From: an uncultured Actinomycetota bacterium
GTDB lineage: Bacteria; Actinomycetota; Actinomycetes; Actinomycetales; CAWJMD01
Reading direction: 5' to 3'
NCBI GenBank assembly: GCA_963715595.1
Contig: OY970255.1
Coordinates: forward strand, 1,917,571-1,981,570
Length of the DNA: 64,000 nucleotides
Shown piece by piece: positions 9,782 to 22,621 of the stretch. Positions within the stretch are counted from its first letter, which is position 1. Every line of letters begins with the position of its first letter. Below the pieces are notes generated by a model. That model was not told where the DNA came from. It ran no database searches and saw only the letters and a program-made list of their open reading frames with translations. Position numbers and translations under genes: made by a program.

Positions 9782-11112
9782 CCGGCTGACGCGCACGGCG
9801 CTGGCGCGGCACGACCCGGCGCAGCACGGCGGGCGCCATGACCGACGGCGGCGGCTCGAGCAGGTTGATGCACGCGCAGGAAGGCGCGGGCGACGGTGGG
9901 GTCGTGCTCGGCCACGGTGAGGACCCGCTCGAGGTAGCGGTCGAGCGCCCGCTGCGGCAGGGGCTTGCGCCCGAACCGCGGGAACTGCCTGTCGATGCCG
10001 ACCGCCAGCGTCCAGGGCACAGCCGCGACGCGCGCGGCGTCGCGCTGCACGAGGCGCTGCAGCGCGTCGGGGTCCGTGCCCGAGCCGAGCCGGGCGTCGA
10101 GCGCCATCACCTGCTGGACGGCCGAGCTGATCCCCTGGCCGTAGACGGGGTTGAACGAGCAGACCGCGTCGCCGAGCACCAGCATCCCGGGCGGCGGCGG
10201 GGCCTTCTCGTAGTGGCGCCACCGGCTGGTCGGGTAGCGGTACGGCACAGCGTCTCCCAGCGGCTCCGAGCCCTCCGCGATCTCGGCGATCACGCCGCCG
10301 AGGGTGCGCGCGTAGGCGCGGAAGGCGTCCAGCTCGGAGGGCGGCTCCTCGCCGAGGTACCCGATGAGCGTGACCGTCCACACGTCGTCCCGGATCGCCA
10401 GCACCACGCCGGCCCGGGTCGAGGGCGGGGCCGTCCCGACGACCTCCCCGTTCGCCCCGGCCACCTGGTCGGGCACGCGCCGCATCAGCCGGGTGACGTA
10501 GCGGACGTCGACGCGCACCTCCTCCTGCGGCGGCTCGGGCAGGCCGAGGTCGTGCATCCAGCGCGGGGTGCGCGACCCGCGACCGAGCGTGTCGACCACG
10601 AGGTCGGCGTCGACGTCGTCGCCGTCGGGCGCCCCGACGTCGTGCACCCGCACGCCGACGACGCGGCCGGCGCGGACCACCGGGCGCTCCACGGTGCAGC
10701 CGTCGCGCACCGTGATGCCCGGCAGTACCAGGACACGGCGGCGCACGGCCGTCTCCAGCGCCTCGCGCGCCACGCCCACGCCGCGCAGCCCGGTGTCGCG
10801 CAGGGCGAGCCGGTGGCCGCCGATGCGCCAGACCACGTCCTCCATGGCCCCGGACTGGGCCCCGCCCTCGACCAGCTCGTCGAGCAGCCCGGGCAGCAGC
10901 CGTTCCAGGCCCTCGACGCCGGCGGCGAGCAGGCCGTGCGTGTGGGGCGTCTGCGGGACGCCCGCGCGGCCGGGGCCGTCGAGGTGGTCGCGCTCGACGA
11001 GCACGACCTCGGTGCCGCGGCCGGCGAGCACGCGCGCGGCGAGCAGCCCGGCCAGGCCGGCACCGAGCACCACCGCCCGTGCCGGGCGTCGGTCGAGCGA
11101 GGAGGAACCCAT
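9771..11112 (-). CDS. FAD-dependent oxidoreductase/monooxygenase (apparent frameshift near 9870)
   Basis: AVVLGAGLAGLLAARVL, GVPQTPHTHGLL, DLVVDTLGRGSR, GDAVCSFNPVYGQGIS; the expected tail INLLEPP is in a shifted frame. Confidence 0.85.
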
Positions 11113-11185
11113 CCCCGGACGGTCGCACCCTCGGCGCCACGGCACCAGGGGCCATCAGCGCACGATCGCGCCGGCGGCCGGGCGA

Positions 11186-11621
11186 TCAGTCGTCGCGGTC
11201 GACCGCGGAGTACCGCTGCACCAGCGTCGCCAGGCGCTGCGCCTCGGCGACGGCGCGCTCGCCGTCGGATCGCTGGATGCCCATCACGGCCAGCGTGTCG
11301 CCGTCGTCGAGGTCGAGCTGCGGCCACGGTCGCTCGCCGAAGCGCACGGCCACGACCTGCGACCACTCGAGGTCGCGCTGCACGACCAGGTTGCGCACGT
11401 GCAGCCCCCGCTCGGAGGGCACGGCCCGCACGGTCGCCTGGCGCCAGAGGAAGCCGTCGATGAGCAGCGCGACGACGATGAAACCCGCTCTGTCCCACCA
11501 CTCGTAGCGTCCGGGGACGATCAGCGCCAGCACCACCAGCATGACCGTCACCCCGACGGCGAGACCCAGGGCCACCGACCCGGGTGCGGCGCGGGGCGAA
11601 CACCGCCAGGTCGTCGGCCAC
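11186..11621 (-). CDS. PH domain-containing membrane protein (apparent frameshift near 11576)
   Basis: Two transmembrane segments, then GLHVRNL...LEWSQVVAVRF...WPQLDLDDGDTLAVMGIQRSDG; usual position downstream of hisG. Confidence 0.78.
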
Positions 11622-11626
11622 GGCGC

Positions 11627-12472
11627 TCAGATCCGGCAGGCGTGGATCGTGGTGACGAGGATCGCGCGCGCACCCAGGGTGTAGAGCTCGTCCATGACCT
11701 GGTTGGTGCGGTTGCGCGGCACCATCGAGCGGACGGCGACCCACCCCTTGTCGTGCAGCGGCGAGACGGTCGGCGACTCCAGACCCGGGGTGATCGCGCA
11801 CGCCTGCTCGACCAGCTCGACCCGCACGTCGTAGTCCATCATCACGTACTGCCGGGCGACCAGGACGCCCTGCATGCGCCGCAGCAGCACCTGCACCGCG
11901 TCGGTCTCCTCGGCGCCGCGTCGGCGCACCAGCACCGCCTCCGAGCGCAGGATCGGGTCACCGAACACCTCGAGCCCGGCGGCGCGCAGGGTGGCGCCGG
12001 TCGAGACGACGTCGGCGATGGCGTCGGCCAGGCCCAGCTGCACCGAGCTCTCGACCGCGCCGTCGAGGCGGACGACCTGCGCGCTGACGCCGCGCTCGGC
12101 CAGGTAGGAGCGCAGCAGGCCGTCGTAGCTGGTGGCGACCCGGGTGCCCTCGAGGTCCTCGACCGAGGAGGCCACCGACGGCGGCGCGGCGAACCGGAAG
12201 GTGGAGCCGCCGAACCCGAGCCGCAGCACCTCCTCGGCGTCGGCCGCGGAGTCGAGCAGCAGGTCGCGGCCGGTGATGCCGACGTCCAGCGTCCCCGACC
12301 CGACGTACACGGCGATGTCGCGCGGGCGCAGGAAGAAGAACTCGGCGTCGTTCTCGGGGTCGAGCACCACCAGCTGGCGGCTGTCGCGGCGCAGCTGGTA
12401 GCCCGCCTCGTCGAGGATCGTGACGGCGGACTCGGACAGCGTCCCCTTGTTCGGGACGGCGATGCGGATCAT
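11627..12472 (-). CDS. hisG: ATP phosphoribosyltransferase
   Basis: [57 protein letters not shown]. Confidence 0.97.
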   Translation of the reverse strand: MIRIAVPNKGTLSESAVTILDEAGYQLRRDSRQLVVLDPENDAEFFFLRPRDIAVYVGSGTLDVGITGRDLLLDSAADAEEVLRLGFGGSTFRFAAPPSVASSVEDLEGTRVATSYDGLLRSYLAERGVSAQVVRLDGAVESSVQLGLADAIADVVSTGATLRAAGLEVFGDPILRSEAVLVRRRGAEETDAVQVLLRRMQGVLVARQYVMMDYDVRVELVEQACAITPGLESPTVSPLHDKGWVAVRSMVPRNRTNQVMDELYTLGARAILVTTIHACRI

Positions 12473-12492
12473 GGTGCGCGGCAGACCTTCTG

Positions 12493-12756
12493 TCACAGGT
12501 GGCGGTAGACGTCGTGCAGGCTCAGGCCCTTGGCGAGCATGAGCACCTGCACGTGGTACAGCAGCTGGGAGATCTCCTCGGCGGCGCGGTCGTCGTCCTC
12601 GTGCTCGGCGGCCATCCACGACTCGGCGGCCTCCTCGACCACCTTCTTGCCGATGGCGTGCACGCCGGCGTCGAGCGCGGCGACCGTGCCCGACCCCTCG
12701 GGCCGCAGCCGCGCCTTCTCGCTCAGCTCGGCGAACAGCACGTCGAAGGTCTTCAC
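12493..12756 (-). CDS. hisE: Phosphoribosyl-ATP diphosphatase
   Basis: [10 protein letters not shown]...[19 protein letters not shown]...EEISQLLYH. Confidence 0.96.
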   Translation of the reverse strand: MKTFDVLFAELSEKARLRPEGSGTVAALDAGVHAIGKKVVEEAAESWMAAEHEDDDRAAEEISQLLYHVQVLMLAKGLSLHDVYRHL

Positions 12757-12790
12757 GCGACGAGGCTACCGGCGGGCCGGGACGCGCCCG

Positions 12791-13453
12791 TCAGCAGGAC
12801 GCCTGCGACGCCAGCTCGCGCAGCTGCTGCACGGCCGCTGCGGCGTCGTCGGCGCCGTAGACCGCCGAGCCGGCCACGAACACGTCGGCGCCGGCCTCGG
12901 CCGCCCGCTCGACCGTCTCGACCGACACCCCGCCGTCGACCTGCAGCCAGACCGGCAGCCCCGACGCCGAGATCGCCTCGCGCGCACGGCGGATCTTCGG
13001 CAGGCACACGTCGAGGAAGGACTGGCCGCCGAAGCCGGGCTCGACCGTCATGACCAGCAGCATGTCGATCTCGGGCAGCAGGTCGACGAACGGCTCGACC
13101 GGCGTCGCGGGACGCAGCGCCAGACCGGCCCGGGCGCCGAGGCGGCGCAGCTCGCGGGCCAGGCGGACCGGCGCTCCCACCGCCTCGGCGTGGAAGGTGA
13201 CCGACTGCGCACCGGCCTCGGCGTACCCCGGCGCCCACCGGTCGGGGTCCTCGATCATCAGGTGGACGTCGACCGGCACCGGGCTCGCCTGCACGACGCG
13301 CTCCACGACCGGCAGGCCGAGGGTGAGGTTGGGGACGAAGTGGTTGTCCATCACGTCCACGTGCGCCCAGTCGGCCGTCGCGATCTTCGCGAGCTCGCCG
13401 CGCAGGTCGGCGAAGTCGCTGTTCAGGATGCTCGGCGAGATCTGGATGCCCAC
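12791..13453 (-). CDS. rpe: Ribulose-phosphate 3-epimerase
   Basis: [48 protein letters not shown]. Confidence 0.97.
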   Translation of the reverse strand: MGIQISPSILNSDFADLRGELAKIATADWAHVDVMDNHFVPNLTLGLPVVERVVQASPVPVDVHLMIEDPDRWAPGYAEAGAQSVTFHAEAVGAPVRLARELRRLGARAGLALRPATPVEPFVDLLPEIDMLLVMTVEPGFGGQSFLDVCLPKIRRAREAISASGLPVWLQVDGGVSVETVERAAEAGADVFVAGSAVYGADDAAAAVQQLRELASQASC

Positions 13454-13482
13454 GCGGCGACCCTAACGGTCGGCGCAGGCGG

Positions 13483-14971
13483 TCACGACGGGCGCCGCAG
13501 CAGCGCCAGGAACATCGCGTCGGTGCCGTGCAGGTGGGGCCACAGCTGGGCCGTGGGGCCGTCGCCGAGATCGGGCAGGTCGCCGTCGCGGGCGACCGAC
13601 CGCAGCACCGCGGGGGCGTCGAGCAGCTCGGTGCCGGGGTGGCGGCGCAGGGCGTCGTCGACCACCGCGACCGTCTCGGCCGGGTGCGGCGAGCAGGTGA
13701 CGTACGCGACGACCCCACCAGGCCGTACCGCGGTGAGCGCGGACCCGAGCAGCGCGCCCTGCAGCGGAGTGAGCCCGGCCAGGTCGGCGGGGGTGCGCCT
13801 CCACCTCGCCTCCGGACGGCGGCGCAGGGCGCCGAGGCCGGTGCAGGGGGCGTCGACGAGCACCCGGTCGAAGGCGCCCGGCTCGGCCTCCCCGACCTCG
13901 CGGCCGTCGGCCGTGCGCACCTCGACGTCGGGGCCGACCGCCGAGCGCACCAGCGCGGCCCGGTGCTCGCTCACCTCGACGGCGACGAGGGAGGCGTCCC
14001 GCCCCGCCGCGAGGGCCGACAGCAGAGCCGACTTGCCACCGGGTCCGGCGCACAGGTCGAGCCACCGCGCGCCGGACGGGTCCGGCTCGCCGGCGGCCGC
14101 GAGGGCGAGCGCGACCAGCTGGCTGCCCTCGTCCTGCACCCGCGCCCGGGCCTCGCGGACGGCGGGCAGGTCGGACGGGTCGCCGCCGGACATCAGCACC
14201 GCGTGCGGCGACCAGCGGCCGGGCGCGCTGCCCGGCGCGGCCGCGAGCAGCTCCTCGGGAGCGGCGAGGCCAGGACGGGCGAGCAGCGTCACCGCGGCCG
14301 GCACGTTGTCGGCGGCGAGCAGGTCGTCGACCTCGTCGACGCCGCGACCGTGCGCCGCGAGCGCCTCGCGGAACGCGCGGACGATCCAGGCCGGGTGGCT
14401 CCACCGGGTGGCCAGGTGGGCGACCAGGTCGACGTCGCGGTCGGGGACGGCGTCGCGCTCCCACGTCTCGACGTCGCGCTCGCCGATGCGGCGCAGCACG
14501 GCGTTGACGAAACCCGCTGGGCCCGAACCGATCCGGTCGCGGACGAGACCCACGGTCTGCGACACGGCCGCGTGCGGCGGGATGCGCGTGGCGAGCAGCT
14601 GGTGGGCCCCCAGGCGCAGGGCGTCGAGCACGTCGGGGTCGATCTCGGCGACCGGCCGGTCGGTGCAGCGGGCCACGACGGCGTCGTAGAACCCCTGCAT
14701 CCGCAGCGTCCCGTAGGCGAGCTCGGTGGCCAGGGCCGCGTCGCGGGGGTCGAGCCGGCGGCGGCGCAGCAGCACCGGCAGCACGAGGTTGGCGTAGGCG
14801 TCGTCCTCGCGCACGGCGCGCAGCACGTCGAAGGCGATGTCGCGGGCGGGGTCGGCGGCGCGGGCCCGCTGCGAGGGCGCCTGCCGCGAGCGCTGCGCGG
14901 TCCGCCGCCCTGCCCGGGCCGCTCCTGACCCGGTCGGCGTCCGCTCGCTGCCGTGCTCGTGGCCCGGTCAC
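13483..14971 (-). CDS. rsmB: 16S rRNA m5C967 methyltransferase RsmB/Fmu (start uncertain; possible 1-nt indel near 14962)
   Basis: [64 protein letters not shown]. Confidence 0.92.
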
Positions 14972-15894
14972 GCGAACCGCTCCCCCGGCTCGGGCCGCAC
15001 GCCGCGGGCCCAGTCGGCGGCGGGCAGCGCCTTCTTCCCGGCGGGCTGCACGGTGCCGAGCCGCACCGGCCCGGAGCCCGTGCCCACCAGCACCTCGCGC
15101 CGGCCGACGAGCAGCTCCCCGGGCGCGAGGTCGCCCTCGGGCACGTCGGCCGCGGGCTCCACCGGGCCGAGCTTGGCGCGCTGGTCGCGCCAGGTCGTCC
15201 AGGCGCCCGGGGCGGGCGTGCAGGCGCGGACGAGCCGGTCGACCGCGAGCGCGGGCGCCGTCCACGGCACCCGGGCGTCGTCGACCTCGACCTTCGGCGC
15301 GAGCGAGACGCCCTCGGCGGGCTGCGGCACCGCGGTGACCGCGTCGTCCTCGAGCGCGTCGAGGCTGGCGACGAGCAGCTGGGCGCCGGCCGTGCCCAGC
15401 CGGTCGAGCAGGTCGCCGCTGGTGTCGCGCGGCCGCACCGCCTCGGTGAGGGTGCCGAGCACCGGCCCGGTGTCCATGCCCTCGTCGAGCACGAAGGTGG
15501 TGGCGCCGGTGATCTCGTCGCCGGCCATCAGGGCCCGCTGCACCGGGGCGGCCCCGCGCCAGGCCGGCAGCAGCGAGAAGTGCAGGTTGACCCAGCCGAG
15601 GCGCGGCACGTCGAGCACCTCGCGGCGCAGCAGGTGCCCGTACGCCACCACCGGGCAGCAGTCGGGCGCCAGCTCGACCAGCCGCTCCAGGGCGTGGGCC
15701 GGACGCTCCGGGCGCAGCACCTCGACGCCCGCCTCGAGCGCGACCTCGGCCACCGGCGACGGCGACTGCCGCCGGCCGCGGCCGGCGCCGGCGTCGGGAC
15801 GGGTCAGCACCGCCACGACCTCGTGCCGCGAGCCCAGCAGGGCCTGCAGCGACGGCACGGCCGGCGCGGGGGTGCCGGCGAAGACGACCCTCAC
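14968..15894 (-). CDS. fmt: Methionyl-tRNA formyltransferase
   Basis: [39 protein letters not shown]. Confidence 0.97.
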   Translation of the reverse strand: MRVVFAGTPAPAVPSLQALLGSRHEVVAVLTRPDAGAGRGRRQSPSPVAEVALEAGVEVLRPERPAHALERLVELAPDCCPVVAYGHLLRREVLDVPRLGWVNLHFSLLPAWRGAAPVQRALMAGDEITGATTFVLDEGMDTGPVLGTLTEAVRPRDTSGDLLDRLGTAGAQLLVASLDALEDDAVTAVPQPAEGVSLAPKVEVDDARVPWTAPALAVDRLVRACTPAPGAWTTWRDQRAKLGPVEPAADVPEGDLAPGELLVGRREVLVGTGSGPVRLGTVQPAGKKALPAADWARGVRPEPGERFA

Positions 15895-16436
15895 GTGGCG
15901 CGGCCGAACGTGGCGTGCGGGCTGAGCCGCACCTGCGGCGGCTCCTCACCGTTCCACTCGGCCTGCCGGATCGCCCGCATCGCCTCCTTGCGGGTGGTCG
16001 CGTCGAGCCGGTCGACGAACAGGATGCCGTCGAGGTGGTCGGTCTCGTGCTGCACCGCGCGCGCCAGCATGCCCGTGCCCTCGACCACGAGCGGCTCGCC
16101 GTGCTGGTCCTGCCCGCGCGCGACCACCCCCATCGCCCGGCGGGTGTCGAAGGTCAGGCCGGGGATCGACAGGCAGCCCTCGTCGCCGTCCTGGCACTCG
16201 GTCGACAGCTCGAGCACCGGGTTGACCAGGTGACCGAGGACACCGTCGACGTGGTAGGTGAAGACCCGCAGACCGACGCCGATCTGGGGCGCGGCCAGAC
16301 CGCGGCCGGGGGCGTCGAGCATGGTGTCCTCGAGGTCCTGCACCAGTCGGCGCAGCTCGCGGTCGAAGTCGACGACCGGGTCGGCGGGCGTGCGCAGCAC
16401 GGGGTCGCCGAAGAGCCGGATGGGCTGGATCGCCAC
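15891..16436 (-). CDS. def: Peptide deformylase
   Basis: [35 protein letters not shown]; AGGAGG RBS upstream. Confidence 0.97.
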   Translation of the reverse strand: MAIQPIRLFGDPVLRTPADPVVDFDRELRRLVQDLEDTMLDAPGRGLAAPQIGVGLRVFTYHVDGVLGHLVNPVLELSTECQDGDEGCLSIPGLTFDTRRAMGVVARGQDQHGEPLVVEGTGMLARAVQHETDHLDGILFVDRLDATTRKEAMRAIRQAEWNGEEPPQVRLSPHATFGRAT

Positions 16437-16541
16437 GCTGGTGTCCTCCTGCCGGACGGGCTGCTGGTGCGCTCGGTGGCCCGGGTCGGGCCCGGACGAG
16501 TCTAGGAGACGCACCCTGGGCGCCGGCCGCGGGCGGGCCGG

Positions 16542-18634
16542 TCAGACCCCGTCGACCGGACGCACCACCACGCGCGGCGGGTGCGGGGTCTTGGCCGCCG
16601 ACAGCACCGCCCGCGCCTGCGCGAGCGCCAGGGCCACGGCGGGGGCCGCGCCGCCCGGAGCGCGCACCAGCAGCCGGTGCGGCAGCGGGGCCTCGTCACC
16701 GGCAGCGCGCCGGACCTCGGGCCGACGGCGTCCGCTCGGCGTCGTCGACCGGCACGGGCCCGAGCAGCTCGGCCCCCTCGGGCAGCCGCAGCGCCCCGAC
16801 GAGCGCCTGCAGGCCGTCGGCGGGCCCGGTGACCTCGGCCAGCAGACCGGCAGGCGGCAGCCCCAGCTCGCGGCGCTCGGCCAGCTCGCGCGCGGCGTAC
16901 CCCGCGGGGTCGTGGCGCACCAGCGCCTGCACCGGCGTCAGCCCGGCGTCGCCGACGAGCACGACGCGGCCGCCGTCGACCGACGGGCGCACCAGGGCCG
17001 CGGCGGCCAGCCAGCGCCGCAGCGCCTCCTCCCCCGCGCGCAGGGTCGGGCGCGCCAGCGGCATCCACGCGTCGAGCAGCAGCGCGGCCGCGTACCCGCC
17101 CTCGGCGACCGGCTCGGCACCGGGCGTCGCGAGCACCACGGCCGGCGTGGCCGGCACGGTGGCCAGGACGCCGTGCTCGGCGCTGCTCGTGCGCACGGGC
17201 ACGCCCTGCAGCGCGCGGCCGACCTCCTCCGCGGTGCGGCGCACGCCGACCCGGGTCGAGCGCAGCCGCGGCGACCCGCAGGCCGGGCAGCTCCAGCCCG
17301 GCGCCGGGCGGGCGCACCAGGTGCACCGCGGCGCGGTGGTGCCGTCGAGGCGGCCCAGCGGTCCGTGGCAGGTGGCGCACCGGGCGGGCGCGCGGCAGTC
17401 CTGGCAGGCCAGGCCCGGCTGGTAGCCCGCCCGCGGCACCTGCACCAGCACCGGGCCGTGCGGCAGCGCCTCGCGGGCGGTGCGCAGCGCCAGCGACGGG
17501 ATGCGTGCGGTGCGGGCGGCCGGGTCGCGCAGGTCGTCGTCGCCGGACACGGTGACCCGGGGCGCACGCCGCCGCAGCAGCGCCCGGGACGGCTCGAGCG
17601 AGCGCGCCCAGCCCTGCTCGACCAGCTGCTGCGCCTCGACCGAGCGCGAGTGCGCCGCCAGCAGCGCCGCCGCGCCGGCCAGCTCGGCGCGCACGCGCAG
17701 CACCTCGCGGGTGTGCGGGTACGGCGCGCGGGGCTCGGCGTGCAGGTCGTCGCCGTCGTCCCAGCACACGACCAGACCCAGGTCGCGCACCGGCGCGAAC
17801 GCGGCCGAGCGGGTGCCGACGACGATGCGCGCGGCGCCGCGCGCGACGGCCAGGAACGCGGCGTAGCGCGCGGACGGCCCGAGGTCGGCGCCGAGCCGGG
17901 CGGTCGCGGTCGCGGCCCGGACCCCGCCGACCGCGCCGATGGCCCGGGCCACCCGGTCGACGTCGCGGTGGTCGGGGACGACGACCAGCGCGCCCCGCCC
18001 GGCGGCTGCCGCTGCGACCGCCGCGGTCGCGACCAGCGACGGCCAGCCCGCGGCCGCACCGGCGTCCGGCAGCGCGGTCAGCACCGCGCGGGGGTGCTCG
18101 CCGGCGGCCAGGCGGTCCAGGAACGCCGGCCCGCCGACGTGGTCGGCGAACGCACCCGCCGGCGGACGGTCGGGCGGGTCGGGCAGCGGGTCGCTCGCGC
18201 GCTTCTCGGCGGTCGCGTGGCGCGGCGGGACGGCCAGCGCGCAGCACGTCGGCGAGCGTCCCGGCGCAGTCGTCGGCGACCTGCCGGGCGGCGGCGAGCA
18301 CGTGCGGGTCGAGCACCCGCTCGCCCGAGGGCACCCGCAGCAGCGGCTGCAGCCGTCCCTCGTGCTCGCTGCGCGCGAGCCGCTCGACCACGAACCCGTC
18401 GACCTGCTGGCCGGCCAGGCGCACCGAGCAGCGGGCGCCGGGCACCGCGCGCTCGGCCAGGTCGGCGGGCACCGCGTAGTCGAACGGCCGGTCCAGGTGC
18501 GCCAGCGGCACCTGCAGCACGACCCGGGCCACCGGGTCGACCTCGGCGAGCGCCGTGGCGGGCTTGGGTCGGCGGCCGCGGACCGAGGACCGGATCAGCT
18601 CCAGCTGCTCGCCCCCGCCACCGTCCTCGCTCAC
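16542..18634 (-). CDS. priA: Primosomal protein N' (apparent frameshifts near 18240 and 16715)
   Basis: LAHLDRPFDYAVP, VVGTRSAAFAPV, WDDGDDLHAEPRAPYPH, four CxxC motifs (CQDC, CATC, CTWC, CPAC), ATPGAEP. Confidence 0.92.
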
Positions 18635-18651
18635 ACCGCCACCCAACCAGA

Positions 18652-18688
18652 CGGCCCCGTCACCGCTCTCGCGAGCGGGACGGGGCCG
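18652..18688 (-). terminator. Hairpin downstream of metK
   Basis: ggccccgtc-accgctctcgcgagcgg-gacggggcc. Confidence 0.55.
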
Positions 18689-18713
18689 GTGCGGTCGTGC
18701 AGGTGGTCGCGGG

Positions 18714-19916
18714 TCAGGCGCCGACGGCCGACTTCAGCGCCTCGGCGCGGTCGGTGCGCTCCCAGGTGAAGTCGGCGAGCTCGCGGCCGAAGTGGCCGTA
18801 CGCGGCGGTCGCCTTGTAGATCGGGCGCTTGAGGTCGAGGTCGGCCACGATCGCGCCGGGGCGCAGGTCGAAGACGTCCTTGATCGCCCGGGTGATGGCC
18901 GCGGGGTCGACCTTCTCGGTGCCGAAGGTCTCGACGTACAGACCCACGGGGTGCGCCTTGCCGATCGCGTAGGCGATCTGCACCTCGCAGCGGTCGGCCA
19001 GCCCGGCGGCCACGACGTTCTTGGCGACCCAGCGCATGGCGTAGGCGGCGGAGCGGTCGACCTTCGAGGGGTCCTTGCCGGAGAACGCGCCACCGCCGTG
19101 GCGGGCCATGCCGCCGTAGGTGTCGACGATGATCTTGCGGCCGGTGAGACCGGCGTCGCCCATCGGGCCGCCGATGACGAAGTTGCCGGTCGGGTTGATG
19201 AACGTGCGCACGTTCGTGCTGTCGAGCTCGACGGTGGCCAGCACCGGGTCGATGACGTGCTCGCGCACGTCGGGCGCCAGCAGCGTCTCGAGGTTCACGT
19301 GCGCCGCGTGCTGGGTCGACAGCACCACGGTGTCGATGCTGACGGCGCGGTCGCCGTCGTAGCCGACCGTGACCTGGGTCTTGCCGTCGGGGCGCAGGTA
19401 CGGCACCACGCCCTCCTTGCGCACCGCGGTGAGCCGCTCCGACAGCCGGTGCGCCAGCCAGATCGGCAGCGGCATCAGCTCGGGGGTGTCGGTGCAGGCG
19501 TAGCCGAACATCAGGCCCTGGTCGCCCGCGCCCTGCAGGTCGTAGGGGTCGGTGCCGTCCTCGACCCGGCTCTCGTAGGCCTTGTCGACGCCCTGGGCGA
19601 TGTCGGAGGACTGCGCGCCGATCGAGATCTCGACACCGCAGGAGCGGCCGTCGAAGCCCTTGTCGGAGGAGTCGTAGCCGATGCCCAGCACGGTCTCGCG
19701 CACGAGCGCCGGGATGTCGGCGTACGCGTTGGTGCTCACCTCGCCGGCCACGTGCACCAGGCCGGTGGTGACCATCGTCTCGACCGCCACGCGGCTCGCG
19801 GGGTCCTGCCCGAGCAGGTCGTCGAGGATGGCGTCGGAGATCTGGTCGCAGATCTTGTCCGGGTGCCCCTCGGTGACGGACTCCGAGGTGAACAGACGCA
19901 GGTCGGACGTGCTCAC
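18714..19916 (-). CDS. metK: S-adenosylmethionine synthetase
   Basis: [36 protein letters not shown]. Confidence 0.99.
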   Translation of the reverse strand: MSTSDLRLFTSESVTEGHPDKICDQISDAILDDLLGQDPASRVAVETMVTTGLVHVAGEVSTNAYADIPALVRETVLGIGYDSSDKGFDGRSCGVEISIGAQSSDIAQGVDKAYESRVEDGTDPYDLQGAGDQGLMFGYACTDTPELMPLPIWLAHRLSERLTAVRKEGVVPYLRPDGKTQVTVGYDGDRAVSIDTVVLSTQHAAHVNLETLLAPDVREHVIDPVLATVELDSTNVRTFINPTGNFVIGGPMGDAGLTGRKIIVDTYGGMARHGGGAFSGKDPSKVDRSAAYAMRWVAKNVVAAGLADRCEVQIAYAIGKAHPVGLYVETFGTEKVDPAAITRAIKDVFDLRPGAIVADLDLKRPIYKATAAYGHFGRELADFTWERTDRAEALKSAVGA

Positions 19917-20007
19917 AGCGCTCCTTGCGTGATCGGTGGCCGCGGCACGGTGCGTGCTCGGGGCGTCGGCAGGTCGGTCACGCCCCAGGAGGGCGTGCGA
20001 CGACGCG

Positions 20008-21249
20008 TCACTCTAGCCGCTGGACGACCGCGTCCCACACGACGTCCGCGACCCGGTCCTTGGACGCCGGACCGACCTGGGTGGCGCCGCCGTCGGCCGC
20101 CAGGACGGTGACCGTGTTGTCGTCGGTGCCGAACGCCTTGCCGGCGCCGACCTCGTTGACGACCAGCAGGTCGCAGCCCTTGCGGGCCAGCTTGGCGCGG
20201 GCGTGGGTGAGCACGTCGCCCGCCGCGTCGCCGGTCTCGGCGGCGAACCCGACCACGACCTGGCCCTCGCGCCGGCGGCGTCCGGCCAGGTCGGCGAGCA
20301 CGTCCGGGTTGCGCACGAGGGTGATCGTCGGCGCGTCGTCGGTGCCGTCCTGCTTCTTGATCTTGTGCTCGGCCACCTCGGCCGGACGGAAGTCGGCGAC
20401 GGCCGCCGCCATCACCACGACGTCGGCCTCCCCCGCCAGGGCGGTGACGGCCTGCTGCAGCTCGAGCGCCGAGCCGACGCGGACGACGTCGACGCCGGCG
20501 GGGTCGGGCAGCTCGGTGTTGGCGGCGACCAGGCTCACCCGGGCGCCGCGGGCCGCCGCCGTGCGCGCCAGGGCGTAGCCCTGCTTGCCGGACGAGCGGT
20601 TGCCGAGGTACCGGACGGGGTCGAGCGGCTCGCGGGTGCCGCCGGCGCTGACCACGACGTGCCGGCCCTCGAGGTCGCGGACGCCCGCCGGGGCGGTGGC
20701 GGCGCCGTCGAGCAGCGCCAGGGCCGCGGCGTGGATCTGCTCCGGCTCGGGCAGGCGCCCGGGCCCGGTGTCGGCGCCGGTCAGGCGTCCGACGGCGGGC
20801 TCGAGGACGTGCACGCCGCGCTCGCGCAGCAGCGCCACGTTCGCGACGGTGGCGGGGTGCTGCCACATCTCGGTGTGCATCGCGGGGGCGAGCAGCACCG
20901 GGCAGGTGGCCGTGAGCAGGGTGTTGGTGAGCAGGTCGTCGGCCAGGCCGTGCGCGGCCTTCGCCAGCAGGTCGGCGGTGGCGGGGGCGACCACGACCAG
21001 GTCGGCCTGGCGTCCGAGGCGCACGTGCGGCACCTCGTGCACGTCGTCCCACACGTCGGTGGCCACGGGGTGTCCCGACAGCGCCGCCCAGGTCGGGGCG
21101 CCGACGAACTCCAGCGCGGCCCGGGTCGGCACCACGCGGACGCGGTGACCGCCCTCGGTCAGCAGGCGCAGCAGCGAGGCGGCCTTGTACGCGGCGATGC
21201 CGCCCGCCACGCCGAGGACGACGTGCCGGACGGCATCGGGTGCGGTCAC
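20008..21249 (-). CDS. coaBC: Bifunctional phosphopantothenoylcysteine decarboxylase/synthase
   Basis: [55 protein letters not shown]. Confidence 0.97.
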   Translation of the reverse strand: MTAPDAVRHVVLGVAGGIAAYKAASLLRLLTEGGHRVRVVPTRAALEFVGAPTWAALSGHPVATDVWDDVHEVPHVRLGRQADLVVVAPATADLLAKAAHGLADDLLTNTLLTATCPVLLAPAMHTEMWQHPATVANVALLRERGVHVLEPAVGRLTGADTGPGRLPEPEQIHAAALALLDGAATAPAGVRDLEGRHVVVSAGGTREPLDPVRYLGNRSSGKQGYALARTAAARGARVSLVAANTELPDPAGVDVVRVGSALELQQAVTALAGEADVVVMAAAVADFRPAEVAEHKIKKQDGTDDAPTITLVRNPDVLADLAGRRRREGQVVVGFAAETGDAAGDVLTHARAKLARKGCDLLVVNEVGAGKAFGTDDNTVTVLAADGGATQVGPASKDRVADVVWDAVVQRLE

Positions 21250-21274
21250 GGGGACCCGCTCGCGCAGCGCTCGC

Positions 21275-21556
21275 TCAGGCCTTGCTGGGGGCGGCGTCGG
21301 TGTCGGGCTCGCAGGTGAGCAGCCCGGCGTCGATCTCGCGCAGCGCGACCGACAGCGGCTTCTCCTGCACGTGGGTCTCGACCAGCGGGCCGACGTACTC
21401 GAGCAGGCCCTCGGACAGCTGGGAGTAGTACGCGTTGATCTGACGGGCGCGCTTGGCGCCGTAGATCACGAGCGCGTACTTGGAGTCGGCGACCTCGAGC
21501 AGGTCGTCGATCGGCGGGTTGGTGATGCCCTCGGGGGCGGCCTTGGTACCGGACAC
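21275..21556 (-). CDS. rpoZ: RNA polymerase omega subunit
   Basis: [12 protein letters not shown]...[20 protein letters not shown]...[11 protein letters not shown]. Confidence 0.97.
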   Translation of the reverse strand: MSGTKAAPEGITNPPIDDLLEVADSKYALVIYGAKRARQINAYYSQLSEGLLEYVGPLVETHVQEKPLSVALREIDAGLLTCEPDTDAAPSKA

Positions 21557-21606
21557 GCTGGGTGCTCTCCGAACTGTGGGGGTCGACGCCGCAGGGCCGG
21601 GATGGC

Positions 21607-22176
21607 TCAGCGCGACGTGGGCAGTCCCATCAAGTGTACGAGATCGTCGCTCGCCTGCCGAACGTCCGCGTTCACGACCGTCACGTCGAACTCCGCCTCG
21701 GCGGCCAGCTCGACCCGCGCGGTGCTCAGCCGGCGCTCGCGCTCCTCGTCGGTCTCGGTGCCGCGGCCCACCAGCCGGCGCACCAGCTCGTCCCACGACG
21801 GCGGCGCGAGGAAGACGAACAGGGCGCCGGGCATGCTCGCCCGCACCTGCCGCGCGCCCTGCAGGTCGATCTCGAGCAGGGCGGCCTCCCCGCGGGCCAG
21901 CGTCTCCTCGACCGGGCGCCGCGGGGTGCCGTAGCGGTGCCGGCCGTGCACGACCGCCCACTCCAGCAGCTCGTCGGCCGCGACCATCGCGTCGAACTCG
22001 TCCTCGCCGACGAAGTGGTAGTGCACGCCGTCGACCTCGCCCGGACGGGGGGCGCGGGTGGTGGCGCTCACCGAGATCCACACCTGCGGGTAGCGGGCGC
22101 GCACGTCGGCGGAGACCGTCCCCTTGCCGACGGCGGTGGGGCCGGCGAGGACGGTGAGGCGGGACGGGGAGGTCAC
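21607..22176 (-). CDS. gmk: Guanylate kinase
   Basis: [40 protein letters not shown]. Confidence 0.97.
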   Translation of the reverse strand: MTSPSRLTVLAGPTAVGKGTVSADVRARYPQVWISVSATTRAPRPGEVDGVHYHFVGEDEFDAMVAADELLEWAVVHGRHRYGTPRRPVEETLARGEAALLEIDLQGARQVRASMPGALFVFLAPPSWDELVRRLVGRGTETDEERERRLSTARVELAAEAEFDVTVVNADVRQASDDLVHLMGLPTSR

Positions 22177-22197
22177 GGGGGCTGCGGCGGGCCGGCG

Positions 22198-22512
22198 TCA
22201 GGAGCCGAAGCGCTCGACCAGCGCCTTGACCTGGTGCGGGCCGAGGCCCCGGACGCGGCGCGACTCGGAGATGCCGATCTCGTCCATCACCTGGCGGGCG
22301 CGCACCTTGCCGACGCCGGGCAGCGACTCCAGCAGGGCGCTGACCTTCATCTTGCCGATCGACTCCACCCGGTGGCCCTCGTCGATCGCCTCCGCCAGGG
22401 AGCCCTGCGCGTACTTGAGCCGGTTCTTCAGCTCGGCGCGCTCGCGGCGCGCGCTGGCGGCCTTCTCCAGGGCCGCGGCGCGCTGCTCGGGCGTCAACGG
22501 GGGCAGGGGCAC
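22198..22512 (-). CDS. mihF: Actinobacterial integration host factor (mIHF/sIHF)
   Basis: [17 protein letters not shown]...[19 protein letters not shown]...RRVRGLG. Confidence 0.96.
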   Translation of the reverse strand: MPLPPLTPEQRAAALEKAASARRERAELKNRLKYAQGSLAEAIDEGHRVESIGKMKVSALLESLPGVGKVRARQVMDEIGISESRRVRGLGPHQVKALVERFGS

Positions 22513-22621
22513 GTGCGGTCACCTCGTGGGTCGGGCGGGGAGCGGTGCGCCGCCCCCGGACGGCGGACCCGGCGAACCTAGCGACTGCCGGCCGGGACGG
22601 GCAACGGCGGGGTCCCCCCGG

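Noticed and set aside
19917-20007. Possible SAM riboswitch upstream of metK
   Set aside because: Only about 90 bp with a small hairpin; no recognisable SAM-I or SAM-IV core.
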